Positions 1-10,433 of a stretch of DNA of 36,162 nt are shown one piece after another. Numbering within the stretch: the stretch's first letter is position 1; the number at the start of each line of letters is the position of its first letter. The stretch is from Catajapyx aquilonaris. Taxonomy: Eukaryota. The position numbers and the translations under genes were made by a program. A model generated the notes under the pieces. That model ran no database searches. It was not told the origin of the DNA and saw nothing but the letters and a program-made list of their open reading frames with translations. Location of the stretch: assembly GCA_000934665.2 (NCBI GenBank), contig KZ539023.1, forward strand, positions 1 to 36,162. The letters are read 5' to 3'.

Positions 1-374
1 CTGGTAACTAAACAACGCTGCCTGTTGACCTGTCTCAGTTGCGCCAACTGCGGCCAACAATGAACAGACCAGAAGGCCTATTTATTGACACACCCGGGCC
101 TGTCCAGTTCCGACGGATTAGCCCTCTGGTTTGGCAGCTAGTGACCTCATGTGAAACCCTCCGGCGAACACCAGAACAGGCCTGTTTCCCACGGATGACC
201 CTTTTTTCCCCTCATTAATTTTGTTACATGGGCATTAGACCTAATATCAGCAGGTGCTATTCCCGATTCTCCAGAAAGAGCCAGAAAGTATCTCTTAGCA
301 ACGACCTGCTTATAAACAAGCAGCTTGCGCGATTTTTCCAATAACCACTGGTGCCACAGAGTTGGATCACCCTG
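1..374. mobile_element. right end of a Tc1/mariner-type element (left end not identified)
   Basis: Ends ggatcaccctg|TA, the reverse complement of the TA|CAGGGTG terminus seen repeatedly in this window. Confidence 0.4.
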
Positions 375-376
375 TA

Positions 377-1098
377 TATGGGCGAGTGGCCTTCCGTTCG
401 ATTTGCCTGAAAATTGGATATGTTGTGGCCCAGACCATCCTGATCAATGTTAGATAGGGACATTTCGAGGTAGGACCTACAGGGAGTGTGCTATTGACCT
501 CCGAAGGTCATATGGAATATGATCTGGTTTTCCGTTCGATTTGGCTGAAAATTAGATATGTTGCAGCCCAGACCATCCTGATCAATGTTGGATAGGGACA
601 TTTCGAGGTAGGTCCTACAGGGAGCATGCTAATTGCTATTCATCGAAGAGGCTAGAAGACTGCTGTGAGAGAAACCTCGCTTCCTTACATTGACCCAATG
701 AATGTTGAAGTGCAGCTGGAGGAAACTTCAAGGAGTAGAATTTGAACCAGATGAATAGGTAATAAAGATGAATAGATAATTTAATGCAATAACCATTTAG
801 TTCCTGAGACTTATTGTAGTCTACTATTACCTGCGGAGGTCATTAGCATGCTCCCTGTAGGTCCTACCTCAAAATGTCCCTATCCAACATTGATCAGGAT
901 GGTCTGGGCTGCAACATATCCAATTTTCAGGCAAATCGAACGGAAAACCAGAGCATATCCCATATGACCTTCGGAGGTCAATAGCATGCTCCCTTTAGGT
1001 CCTACCTCGAAATGCCCCTGTCTAACATTGATCAGGATGGTCTGGGCCACAACATATCCAATTTTCAGGCAAATTGAACGGAAGGCCACTCACCCATA
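377..1098. mobile_element. foldback/MITE with ~260-bp TIRs built from 138-bp subrepeats
   Basis: Arm 375-633 (tatatgggcgagtggccttccgttcg...) is the reverse complement of arm ~841-1100 (...cggaaggccactcacccatata). Each arm has two units (ttccgttcgatttg at 392 and 530). TA/TATA flanks. Confidence 0.9.
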
Positions 1099-1100
1099 TA

Positions 1101-1275
1101 TTTTGCGCCTCATCCTTTGTCAGGCAAAAAACGTGAAATTTTGTTGCCTAGTGTAATTTTAGTATATTTTGAGCCATTGACACGAATTTCCTTGTATTTT
1201 CCCTATCTACAGGCTAATTTCCAATTTCCCTGTGTTTTCCTTGTGTTCCGTTTTCCCTGACCGGTGGTCACCCTG
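1101..1275. mobile_element. probable orphan DNA-transposon end (CAGGGTGACCAC type)
   Basis: Ends ttttccctgaccggtggtcaccctg and is preceded by repeated ttccctg motifs; no partner end found. Confidence 0.4.
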
Positions 1276-1353
1276 TGATCTCAACTTGAAGTGTACCTTA
1301 AAATTTTACAAAGTAAATGTGCAACATTTATCTTTAGCTTAAAATTCTCTCAC

Positions 1354-1673
1354 ACCAAAGCTACATGCCAACCTGTGGAGGTGGGAGGCTGATATACAAC
1401 AGCAGGGCTGTCCAAAATAACAGTCAGTCCTGATGTGACAGACCATGATGAAGAAGTAGGCGAAACATTTCCACTTCTTGCTGGCTGTCTTCCTTCAACT
1501 GGCAGCTGCTGTGGTTGTTGCTGCTGGTCTGCTCCAGACGTGGGATTGTTGTTGTTGTTGTTGGGGCTGAACAGTGAGCGAAGGAGTCGACTACCCCCAA
1601 CAGGAACCATTCCCATAGCCATCCCTGTCCCACGCTCATCAAAGGTGTATGTTAACCAGTTCCCATGTTCATC
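1354..1673 (-). CDS. pcx: pecanex coding exon (provisional E9)
   Basis: Acceptor tcttttttccttctcag|GAT, phase 0. Encodes DEHGNWLTYTFDERGTG...SGLTVILDSPAVVYQP. The donor is ambiguous: gtgaga (exon end 1354), gtgtga (1356) or CAG|gttggc (1373). Confidence 0.85.
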
Positions 1674-2491
1674 CTGAGAAGGAAAAAAGAGATAGTGACA
1701 ACATTTGCTCAGGGCATTCTTTTGTTCATGTTGGTTTGTTTAAAATATAAATGAGAAATAATTGTTACTAAACTTCCTAGCCAAAGTTGGCTCTTATGAA
1801 TTGTAAAATACAAAATTTAACATACTTGTCATGCTGTCACCTGACATTGACCGTACACTACTTTTACATGCAATTCAACAATGGAGTAGCCTACACATAC
1901 TGAAGTGGGAAACACTATAACTCTGTCATAAAATCATAACACTTATAATAACAGGTTGGAGATTTACGGTCTAAAAAGCACAGAAATATGCATGCAATTA
2001 TCACAACATTCAAAAGTACAAGCTCTTAAATATTCCTTAAAATTTCCTGTGCTACACTTGGAAACATATGGTCCGAGTTTGGCCTTCGTGAAAGCTTATA
2101 ACGGAACCTTCCAAATATGCAACTAATTAGGCAAATGACGATGAATTGCAAACATGACCTCACTGTGCAAGCCATTTGCAAAATCTTAGCTGCGCACCAC
2201 CATCAGGGCAGAAGCAGGAATGCTGCAAAATTATGGTATTTGCCAAGACAGAACCAGGTAACTCCCCTGCATGCCTAAAAGAGCTACAAAATAGACCTGC
2301 TTTGAAATGTTTCTCCTGATCTGCGTAGAAAGACTAGCAGCCCTTTATCTGGCAGAAAACACCACATCTTGCACCAATTAACACAAATGACCCCATTGAG
2401 ACACCTCTTCTCTTGTCTCATTCAAATCTCATATTCATGAGAGCATGGGAGCTCATGCCAAGGGGTTCAGGAGATTAGCCTGGGTTATATA

Positions 2492-2689
2492 CAGGAAAAG
2501 GGTGTTCCAAATAGGAGTTATGGGAAATTGTTTGAAGCTGTTATTTTTTTGTAGCTTGTCACATTTTAATCCAGGTGCCCAATTAAATAGCAACTGCTAC
2601 ATTCAACCACATGGGAATAACTGGGCACCTGGATCAGGGCACAACAAGCTACACAAAAATAAAATGTCCCTGATACTTGGAACACGCTG
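2492..2689. mobile_element. Tc1/mariner-type palindromic MITE, family M1, degenerate copy
   Basis: gggtgttccaa...ttggaacacgctg ends; internal ttattttttgtagcttgt / acaagctacacaaaaata inverted pair, shared with 7410-7652 and 34403-34658. Confidence 0.7.
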
Positions 2690-3089
2690 CACATAAAGTA
2701 TAATTATGTCACTGATTATATCAGCATTCTTGACCCACCACGTCAAGGAAAGGAAAAGTCAATCTGGCCCGAAACTCTCTCCTCCTAAGCTGCTGTAACT
2801 CATTCCCCACAGAGTAATTATTTCTGTCAAATCAATATTGTGCAATGACCTACTGCCATGAAGAATCATTCTTGATTTGCCCTGTGCATTGCATTTTTGG
2901 AAGGTTCCCTTCTAAGCTTGGACAGGGACCATTCTCAGGAGGACCCTAACTCACATTAATTTAGAGAAGAGAGAAAAAAAAACCCCATCGAATCTCTTCC
3001 CATGAGAAAAAACCCTTCACCAGATCTAGGGACTGAATGCGGGAACTCAAAGGCGGAATCAATGTGGTTTTAAAAGCCACAGCACTATA

Positions 3090-3537
3090 CAGTGAAGCAT
3101 CGAGTATCCGAACAGAGTCTGCCAAGGGGGTGTTTGGATAACTTATTGTTCGGATAACCCATCATTTACGGGAAAAAATTGTACCGGTGTCACAGGAGCA
3201 ATATGAAACTAAGGAACAGTGATATTAATCACAAAACTGTATATTTTCTGTCATAGGCACGTCTTAATAATACTGTACATTACTGTCCTTACATGAAGTA
3301 GTCCTACAGTATGGGGGGGGGGAGAAAGGCCAAATTCTTTTGCTTGAGAGCCGAGGCTCGTTTTTTTTGGCGGCTAATCTGCAGCGCCACAGCACTAGCC
3401 ACCACTAGCAGAACCACAGAGTGTGATTTTTTCCCCCCCTTTTTTCTTTTTTTCTTTTTTCTTTTTTTGCCGACCGGAAAACGTTCGGTTAACCGATGGT
3501 TCGGTTGATCGGTGTTCGGATAATCGATGCTCCACTG
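3090..3537. mobile_element. Tigger/pogo-like MITE
   Basis: TA|CAGTGAAGCATCGAGTATCCGAACA ... TGTTCGGATAATCGATGCTCCACTG|CA, ~25-bp TIR, with subterminal ttcggataa repeats. Confidence 0.8.
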
Positions 3538-3843
3538 CATATATATTTGTTAAAACTACTGTATTTTCTTCTTGTCTAATTTTTTTACACTAACTGGTTT
3601 CTCTAACTGGATTCTTCGATTCCAATTTAAAATTCAGATCTAATCAGTATGCAGAATAAAAGTATAAAATCCCTATGCAATAATTTTCTCAAAAGCCAGT
3701 CATTTTATCCATGCAGACACTCGACTCTTACAAAAAGCAACGCACACACTGCTACACTGCTACCAATTCCCACCCATTGCTCCCTGCCATCCTTGCCAAA
3801 TAAAAATGCAATCCAAATATAGACTCACAGTAGGACACAATAC

Positions 3844-4358
3844 CTGGAAGCAGTGCACAGCCCCCTCTGAGGTGTCATCATGTGAACTGGCAATGTGCGT
3901 TCCTGGACCAACGATCATGGATGCCAGGGCTGTCATCTGCATCTCCCTGTCCCTCTCCCCACCTCCACTCCTCTTGGGCACTCCACTTCTCCTCCTCCTT
4001 CGTCCCCCTTCCCTCCCTCTGTCTGTACCGCCACCTTCTCCACCACCTCCCCTATCTCCCCATGGCCCAATAGGACTTGACCAAGGGCCTGAGTGCATCC
4101 CCTTCATTCCTCCCCCTGAATCCACCACCCCTACCCCAACTCCAACCCCTGCTCCTCCTCCTCCCTCAGAACACCCCTTCCCCAAAGGTTGGTGCATTTC
4201 ACTATCTGGAATGGGGCCAGAGGCACTCTCTCGTGGACCGAGAGCAGAATTTCCCATCTGTTTGGGTGGAGTGGACTTGGGAAAAGAAGGCATAGATCCC
4301 CCACCATGGTCCTTTTCACTGCAGAGCCTCTCACGAAAGTCACCCTCACTTCCTTTGC
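3844..4358 (-). CDS. pcx: pecanex coding exon (provisional E8), Gly-rich
   Basis: Acceptor tgtgcttcttag|GC, donor CAG|gtattg; 515 nt, phase 1->0. Ends HIASSHDDTSEGAVHCFQ, which splices in frame to DEHGNW of the next exon to give the pecanex DTSEGAVHCFQDEHGNW motif. Confidence 0.9.
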
Positions 4359-4652
4359 CTAAGAAGCACAACACAATGTTAAAAATTCATTAATATTATC
4401 ACTTCCTGATAATAGAGCAGCATACGGTACTTAAATATAGACAACAAAATCTATTTTGCACTTTTACACTGCAACTTGCACGTACAAAACTAATAAAACT
4501 ACATCCTACTTACTTTTAGCTTGCAAATGGGGGTAGGGGGTGGGGAAAATCACCCCAGTATATCTCAGTGAAACTACTATGTTGACCATGGGGCAGGCCA
4601 AATGAGACAAAGCATGAGTAGCCGAGAGAATGATATCCAAAATGGCAATTAA

Positions 4653-5942
4653 CCCTTCATTTACAGCCATAAGAAATTTTCCACGGGTGGGGTTTAATAA
4701 TATTTAAATCTCGCGCCTAGTCATCGGCCACATCTCGATGAGCCCGCCGTCTTTTTTTCCTCGCAGCCAACTTCACCAAAGCCAACCTTTTAACCAGAGC
4801 AAGCTATTGACAATAATTGGTCATGGAGTGACACTTATTGCATTTTTTCATTAATTCTTCCAATGAATCAGGGCAATTCCACGAAAGGCGGCCATATTGT
4901 CCGTATGTAACGCAGGTTTTGCAGACATGTACTAGCGTATTTTATTGTAACAATACCCACACATTACATGAAATGGATTAAGCATGCAGTGCATGCATCC
5001 TGGCATTGTTATAATAAAATACTCTTGCGCACGTAGGCAACACTTGCGTTACGTACGGACGGCTGCGCCATGGAATTGCCCATCAGCAGTAACACAGTAA
5101 ATTCAATGTCCAGAAATGTTACATCCGTGTTTCATAGTTGTTCACTACCAGCCCAATGAGCTTAAAGAAATTCATTACCTTTCATTACAGTTTAGGAAGT
5201 AAATCACCCAATTTAGAAATAAAGCCATAAACGTAATTGCTGGAATCTATATCGAAGATGCCTCCTGTCATCCTGCCCGTGGGCCCGGGCGTTACGTATA
5301 AAGGCTCCAATGTACTTGACATAATAAATAAAGGTCCGTGCTGCATACCTCAGATGAGGTCAAGCACTACCCCGGATTATTATTATATATCGAAGATGGC
5401 TGCCATGTCATTGGGCTTTTGCTAATTATGAACATGTTATGCCTTGTTTTTCAACAAAGTGTAACTAAATGATGCCAATAATTACTAGCTTCAACTCCAA
5501 AATGTTTTCATGTGGTATTTTAGCATACAAGAACGAAATACTATAAGGCAATGTTGCATTGAATCGGGCATTAGTGCAGGCAACCGCAACCCGAATATCA
5601 GCCTCTTTTTTTTACCATCTTATGGCTGGACCTGAACATGTCAAACTTGTGAAATGTATAGAAGAGGACCTGAGTCATGTACACAAACAGTTTTTCACTC
5701 CATACACGAATTATTACACTTCTAAGAGCTAGTTAATGTCATGAAATTCAAAAATATTTGCATTTTTTTTGCATCAACATTTTATAACCAACTTATTGAC
5801 TTAAAAACATCAACATTTGCAGCTTGAGTCTTATGTTGCAACGATTCCGACGACATCTCAGGCATCAACATCGTGAGCTTGACACTCGAGATACAGCGAT
5901 TTATTCTTTATCCCGATTTTCGGGACAGTGGGAGACAAAGGG
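4653..5942. mobile_element. piggyBac-like non-autonomous element with mismatched ends
   Basis: TTAA|CCCTT at the left and GGGAGACAAAGGG|TTAA at the right. The right end matches the TIR of 24998-26478; the left end shares only CCCTT. Confidence 0.5.
4871..5081. mobile_element. palindromic MITE with 4-bp TSD (Sola-like)
   Basis: ATCA|GGGCAATTCCA ... TGGAATTGCCC|ATCA; internal inverted pairing ccgtatgtaacgca / tgcgttacgtacgg. Confidence 0.8.
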
Positions 5943-6646
5943 TTAAAAGAGAGTACAGTGATCGTGTCAACGTGGTGAAATAGGGGACATCAATTTTTAC
6001 CCACAAAATTGGATATAATACAACCTCTCTAAACGTCAACATTTTCCCACTGCAATGTATCCAGACTAAAGTACTTAGGCTAGAACACTTGTTGCCAAAC
6101 ATAACCTTCAGGGGTGTGATTCTTCACTGGGGCAAAAAAATTACTCCTTCACAGATTGGCCATCCCAATCAATGTCATGTCATGTCATAAGGACCCTGTA
6201 ATCTCATTCATTCTGACCCAGATGGGAGTGTTAAGAACATGTCAGCAGGAAAGTTTTGTGGGAAGAGAATATGACCCAAGGGGCATTACAGGGTTTGTCT
6301 TCTGAGAGGAATTGCTACCACGAATTCCACAAATGAATTTAAAAAACATTGTTTTGAGGATAGAGCACCATGTTAGTGATCCATTAAGTGGTATTTCAAT
6401 TTTCAGCTTTCATCTGTTCCGCTTTTGTAGCAGCAATTGGGTCCTAATGTTCTCATTGGTTGTTTTGTCACTATTTTTGTCGATATTTTAAAACTAAATT
6501 TTTTTCTCGCTTCTTATTGGGGAAATGTTCAGAAAATGCAATAGGAACTGACATTGAGTTAAAAATTCTTCTCGGGTCTCAGGAGGATATAGTTTGCAGG
6601 AAAATTTGAACTGGCAAAAGCTCTTGTAACTCAATTCCTTACTTAC

Positions 6647-6817
6647 TCCTCGGCATGTCTGAAACATCCTGGTGTGTCATTCTCCTTTTGGGGATAGCAC
6701 CCTGGTTCCACCCCCTCTCCATCTTTCTAGATCCTTCTGGAAGGAACCGAAGTACTTCATCTCCAGAGTCACCTCCACTACTTGGACCTGATCCAACGGC
6801 CCGGATTTCCTTGGCAT
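6647..6817 (-). CDS. pcx: pecanex coding exon (provisional E7)
   Basis: Acceptor ttgctactgcag|AT, donor AGGA|gtaagt; 171 nt, phase 1->1. Encodes DAKEIRAVGSG...WNQGAIPKRR. Confidence 0.82.
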
Positions 6818-7409
6818 CTGCAGTAGCAATCAAATGATAGTTTTAGAACTTAATGGACTCTGCAAACTAAACTATAAGTACTTAATCAGACCACATGCAA
6901 ATGTCTTCTGGAATTTGACAAAATGAATGTAGAAAAGACAAACTTTTCACATGTTCAAGTGTGCAAAAGCCATGACACAGTATGGATAACAAAGGGGATA
7001 ATTTTTAGTTCAGGTTATTCCTAATAATTTCATGATGAATATGTGAAACTCAAATTTTTCGTCTCAATTTTTGAATAGTAAAAATATTGTTTGAATGTCA
7101 TTACTTGGCAATTTTTTCTGATGTGAAAAAGATACACCCTATAAGGATACTTCATTATTTTGCTAGAAATAACAAATTACAGAAACTTTTCCAAGTTGCA
7201 ACTAAAATTAACTCTAACTGGCATTGAATGAGTTTGCACAGCCATTACATCCCTTGTACATGTATAAATTAATTTAGATAATTAGGCATCACAACCATCT
7301 CAATAAAAATTAATATCAAAATTACTGCAAGATATTCTATGGCCACTGTAGAAGAAATGGCAGACTCACATAATTTAAACCTGGCTTTCACCATTCCAGA
7401 ATAGATATA

Positions 7410-7652
7410 CAGGGTGTTCCATGTTCGTGGGGCCTTTTAGTTGTAAGAAATTTCGCTCAAAGCTGTTATTTTTTTGTAGCTTGTTGTGTCCCCGAACCAT
7501 ATGCCATATTCTATTGAAATTGATATAATTATTTGACACCCTGGGAGTAATGGGGCACCTGGATCAGGGCAACAAGCTACACAAAAATAACTACTTTGGG
7601 CAATATGGTATCAGTGATAACTAAAAATGACCCACCAACTTGAAACACCCTG
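7410..7652. mobile_element. Tc1/mariner-type palindromic MITE, family M1
   Basis: TA|CAGGGTGTTCCA ... TGAAACACCCTG; same internal inverted motifs as 34403-34658. Confidence 0.8.
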
Positions 7653-8259
7653 TGTAAAAAAACTCAGTGTCACTTTTTTCATGTAACTTTCTTAGGAATA
7701 ACTTCCACTAATAGTCATCATGGAACATAACTATACCGATTCTTGTAGCTATAATTTTACCTCGTTGTAAGCATTTGTAAACAATAAGGATGTCTTGATG
7801 TCAGAACATTATAAACAAGTTTTACATGATTATCTTTCCAAGGCATTGCAGAATTCTGAAAACAATTATTATCAAAATAACAAACAACCAAGCCATTAAG
7901 TTTTAGACAAATTATTACAGAGGGTGTGATTTTAGGGGATGGTGGAGGGGTTCTTGGCAATAATTTTAAAGGTAGGTGTCATGGGTCTCTGCAGTCTAGT
8001 TACCAAGATAATGGATTTCCAACACAAGTTATAAAATATCCCGGCAAGTATGCATCATTCCATGTGACTTCACCATTTTCATTTAAAATGTAGGTGTTAC
8101 CATGCAATTTAAATTTAATACAGGGTGTGTCTTCAGGGCCGGCGCTAGGGGTGTGCGACCAGTGCTGCCGCACAGGGCATAGATGCGTGCAGGCGCGAAA
8201 GAAGCGTGATGAGCCCTTTCCAAATAATATTAAAATGTCGTTAAATTTTTCTTCCTTAA

Positions 8260-9057
8260 CCCCTTCGGCCCCAGATCGGCCGGATCCACACAGTTTTTGG
8301 CTTACGCGTACTCCGAATATACGGACAAGATATTTTGCAAATAATAACAGCTATACTTACGAGATCTGGGAAAACCCTATGAATGTACCTGGAACCATTT
8401 TACTCGTCTAGAAGTGCCTAAATTAATTTCCAAAAAAGGGCTATAATAACTCGAAATTGGACTACTGCCGCCCAACTTTTAGGCTGATTTGATTATGAAA
8501 TGCGTGGAAATATGCGGAATAACAACCATGAGAACCGTACCAGAGGAATTTGCTGAAATAGTCATACTTTGCGAGAAATAAATTAATATTTATTTGCGGT
8601 TTCTAGCACTTAGGAAAACTCCTAAATGAGTATGAGATGAATTTTCTGAAATCGTCGTACTTCATGAGAAACAAATAAATTTGAAAGTTTTCCGAAGTTT
8701 TCCGAAGTGCCAGAAAGCCGCAAATAAGTATTAATTTATTTCTCGCAAAGTACGACGATTTCAGCAAATTCGTCTGGCATGGTTCTCATGGTTGTTATTC
8801 CGCATATTTTCACGCATTTCATAATCAAATCAGCCTAAAAGTTGGGCGGCAGTAGTCCAATTTCGAGTTATTATAGCCCCTTTTTGGAAATTAATTTAGT
8901 GACTTCTAGACGAGTAAAATGGTTCCAGACACATTCATAGGGTTTTCCCAGATCTCGTAAGTATAGCTGTTATTATTTGCAAAATATCTTGTCCGTATCT
9001 TCGGAGTACGCGTAAGCCAAAAACTGTGTGGTTCGGGCCGATCTGGGGCCGAAGGGG
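8260..9057. mobile_element. piggyBac-like foldback element, copy 1
   Basis: TTAA|CCCCTTCGGCCCCAGATC ... GATCTGGGGCCGAAGGGG|TTAA; near-identical inverted arms of ~360 bp and a short spacer. Confidence 0.93.
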
Positions 9058-9474
9058 TTAATGACGCACACAAGGCCACAAGGGCGGCACCGCGGCAGGG
9101 CACCACTTACTCAGCGCCTTCAGATGACAGATGGATAATGAACCTTTTTTTATTATATTTATTTATTTTTATTTTTATTAATGCAATTGACAATGCTCAC
9201 CACATTCTTTCAGCGTTTCTGTTTCAAAAACATGTGAAGCATTGGTTAAAGTCTATCTTTCGCCATACCGCCCCCTCCCAGCCAACTCAGGGGTCCAGGC
9301 TCCCATGAGAGAACAAGGGGTACCCGGGTACGGCCGAACCCCTTGTACCCTGCTGCGCTGTAGCAAAGTCACTCGATTTTAGTGAAATGATATCAGACTT
9401 CGCCAATTTGAAAGCCAGAAGAATTCCTTTCTGAGCTGCATTGTCACTGTATATGAATTTGATTTTAGGCCTAT

Positions 9475-9476
<2 letters not shown>

Positions 9477-9545
<69 letters not shown>
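9477..9545. repeat. (ATT)n microsatellite, the tail of SINE-A
   Basis: About 23 perfect ATT units lying between the left TSD and the SINE body. Confidence 0.95.
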
Positions 9546-9873
9546 TCCATTACCCCACTTAGGGAGCTACTTACTCCTTTGGGGGGGTGGATTACCACCA
9601 TCGGATTTGTTGGAGCGTGTGAAGAAGGATCTTATTAGTCTACTCCAAGGGTAGGTGGGAGGGGATGTGCAAAGTGCATGTGCGCTGTCGTTGAGTGGTC
9701 ATTTTGTGAACTCCCCCGGGTGGCTTAGTCTGTCAGAAATTTCCACCTGAAATGAAGCCAGAGATGGCCCAACTCTGCACAGATAAAGGTGGGAACCCGG
9801 GGTGGGGATTGAACCCGGGACCTTCATATCCGTGGGCGCGCGCGTTACCGCGGTGCCACTTCATCTCCCTTTG
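9480..9873 (-). mobile_element. tRNA-derived SINE, family A
   Basis: Minus-strand head with A box TGGCACCGCGG and B box GGTTCAATCCC; (AAT)n tail; 17-bp TSD ttttaggcctatgtatt at 9463-9479 and 9874-9890. Confidence 0.9.
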
Positions 9874-10149
9874 TTTTAGGCCTATGTATTGAGTATTGTA
9901 TACATATCAGGCGCGGATCCAGAGTCGGGCCCGGGGGGGATTCCAGACAAAAGTTCCAGGAAAACATGTGATTATTGCAAGTTTAATAGATTTAATGTCG
10001 CTAGGAGTATTTGCACGTTCCAAAATACCGAACAAAATTCTTACTGTTAGTACTACTCTTTACATATTCGAATCACATGCTACACCCTATTGTAGGATAT
10101 TCCTAAGGGCCGAGGCTACTGAAACCGGGAAGAATAAGTTCAGGAGTAA

Positions 10150-10433
10150 TTTATTATTATTACCACGTGCTCGAGCCATTCGGCTCGTTTTGGGGGGAGG
10201 GGAAGGTTCCCAAGAGGGGGCATCCTCGGTTTATAGTCACTCACGACTCTCTCAGATACACCAGACCTTTTCTCTGGCCCCAGGCAGCTATAAGGGAGTG
10301 CAATGCTGCCCCGGCGTGTCGGGTGAAAAGCGGAAAAAGACCCGGCCAAGCAGAGGTGACGGGGACGGGATTTGAACCCCGGCCTCCCGCTTGGCTAGCC
10401 AGCGGCGTAACCACTAGACTACCACGCCTCCCT
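10150..10433 (-). mobile_element. tRNA(Gly-like)-derived SINE, family B, copy 1
   Basis: Head GGGAGGCGTGGTAGTCTAGTGG...GCCAAGCGGGAGGCCGGGGTTCAAATCCC; short (AAT)n tail; 16-bp TSD ataagttcaggagtaa at 10134-10149 and 10434-10449. Confidence 0.92.

Noticed and set aside
3806..4393. 195-aa Pro-rich plus-strand ORF (also 23646-24158 and 1435-1677)
   Set aside because: Antisense shadows of GC-rich pecanex exons; the splice signals and family motifs are on the minus strand.
5956..6290. Weak inverted ends (CAGTG..CACTG at 5956-6052; ccctgtaat..attacaggg at ~6195-6293)
   Set aside because: The matches are too short to call by eye.
8094..9106. Duplicated ORF pairs with identical peptides (also 25665-26236, 29792-30300 and 33906-34295)
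   Set aside because: They arise from the two arms of inverted-repeat elements.
9287..9638. Poly-Ile ORFs (also 33076-33345 and 33105-33302)
   Set aside because: They are translations of the (ATT/AAT)n SINE tails, not membrane proteins.
10360..10433. tRNA-Gly gene (also tRNA-like heads at 9800-9870, 11742-11815, 21370-21440 and 33510-33583)
   Set aside because: The A/B boxes continue into SINE bodies, most with tails and TSDs; no convincing cloverleaf or terminator.
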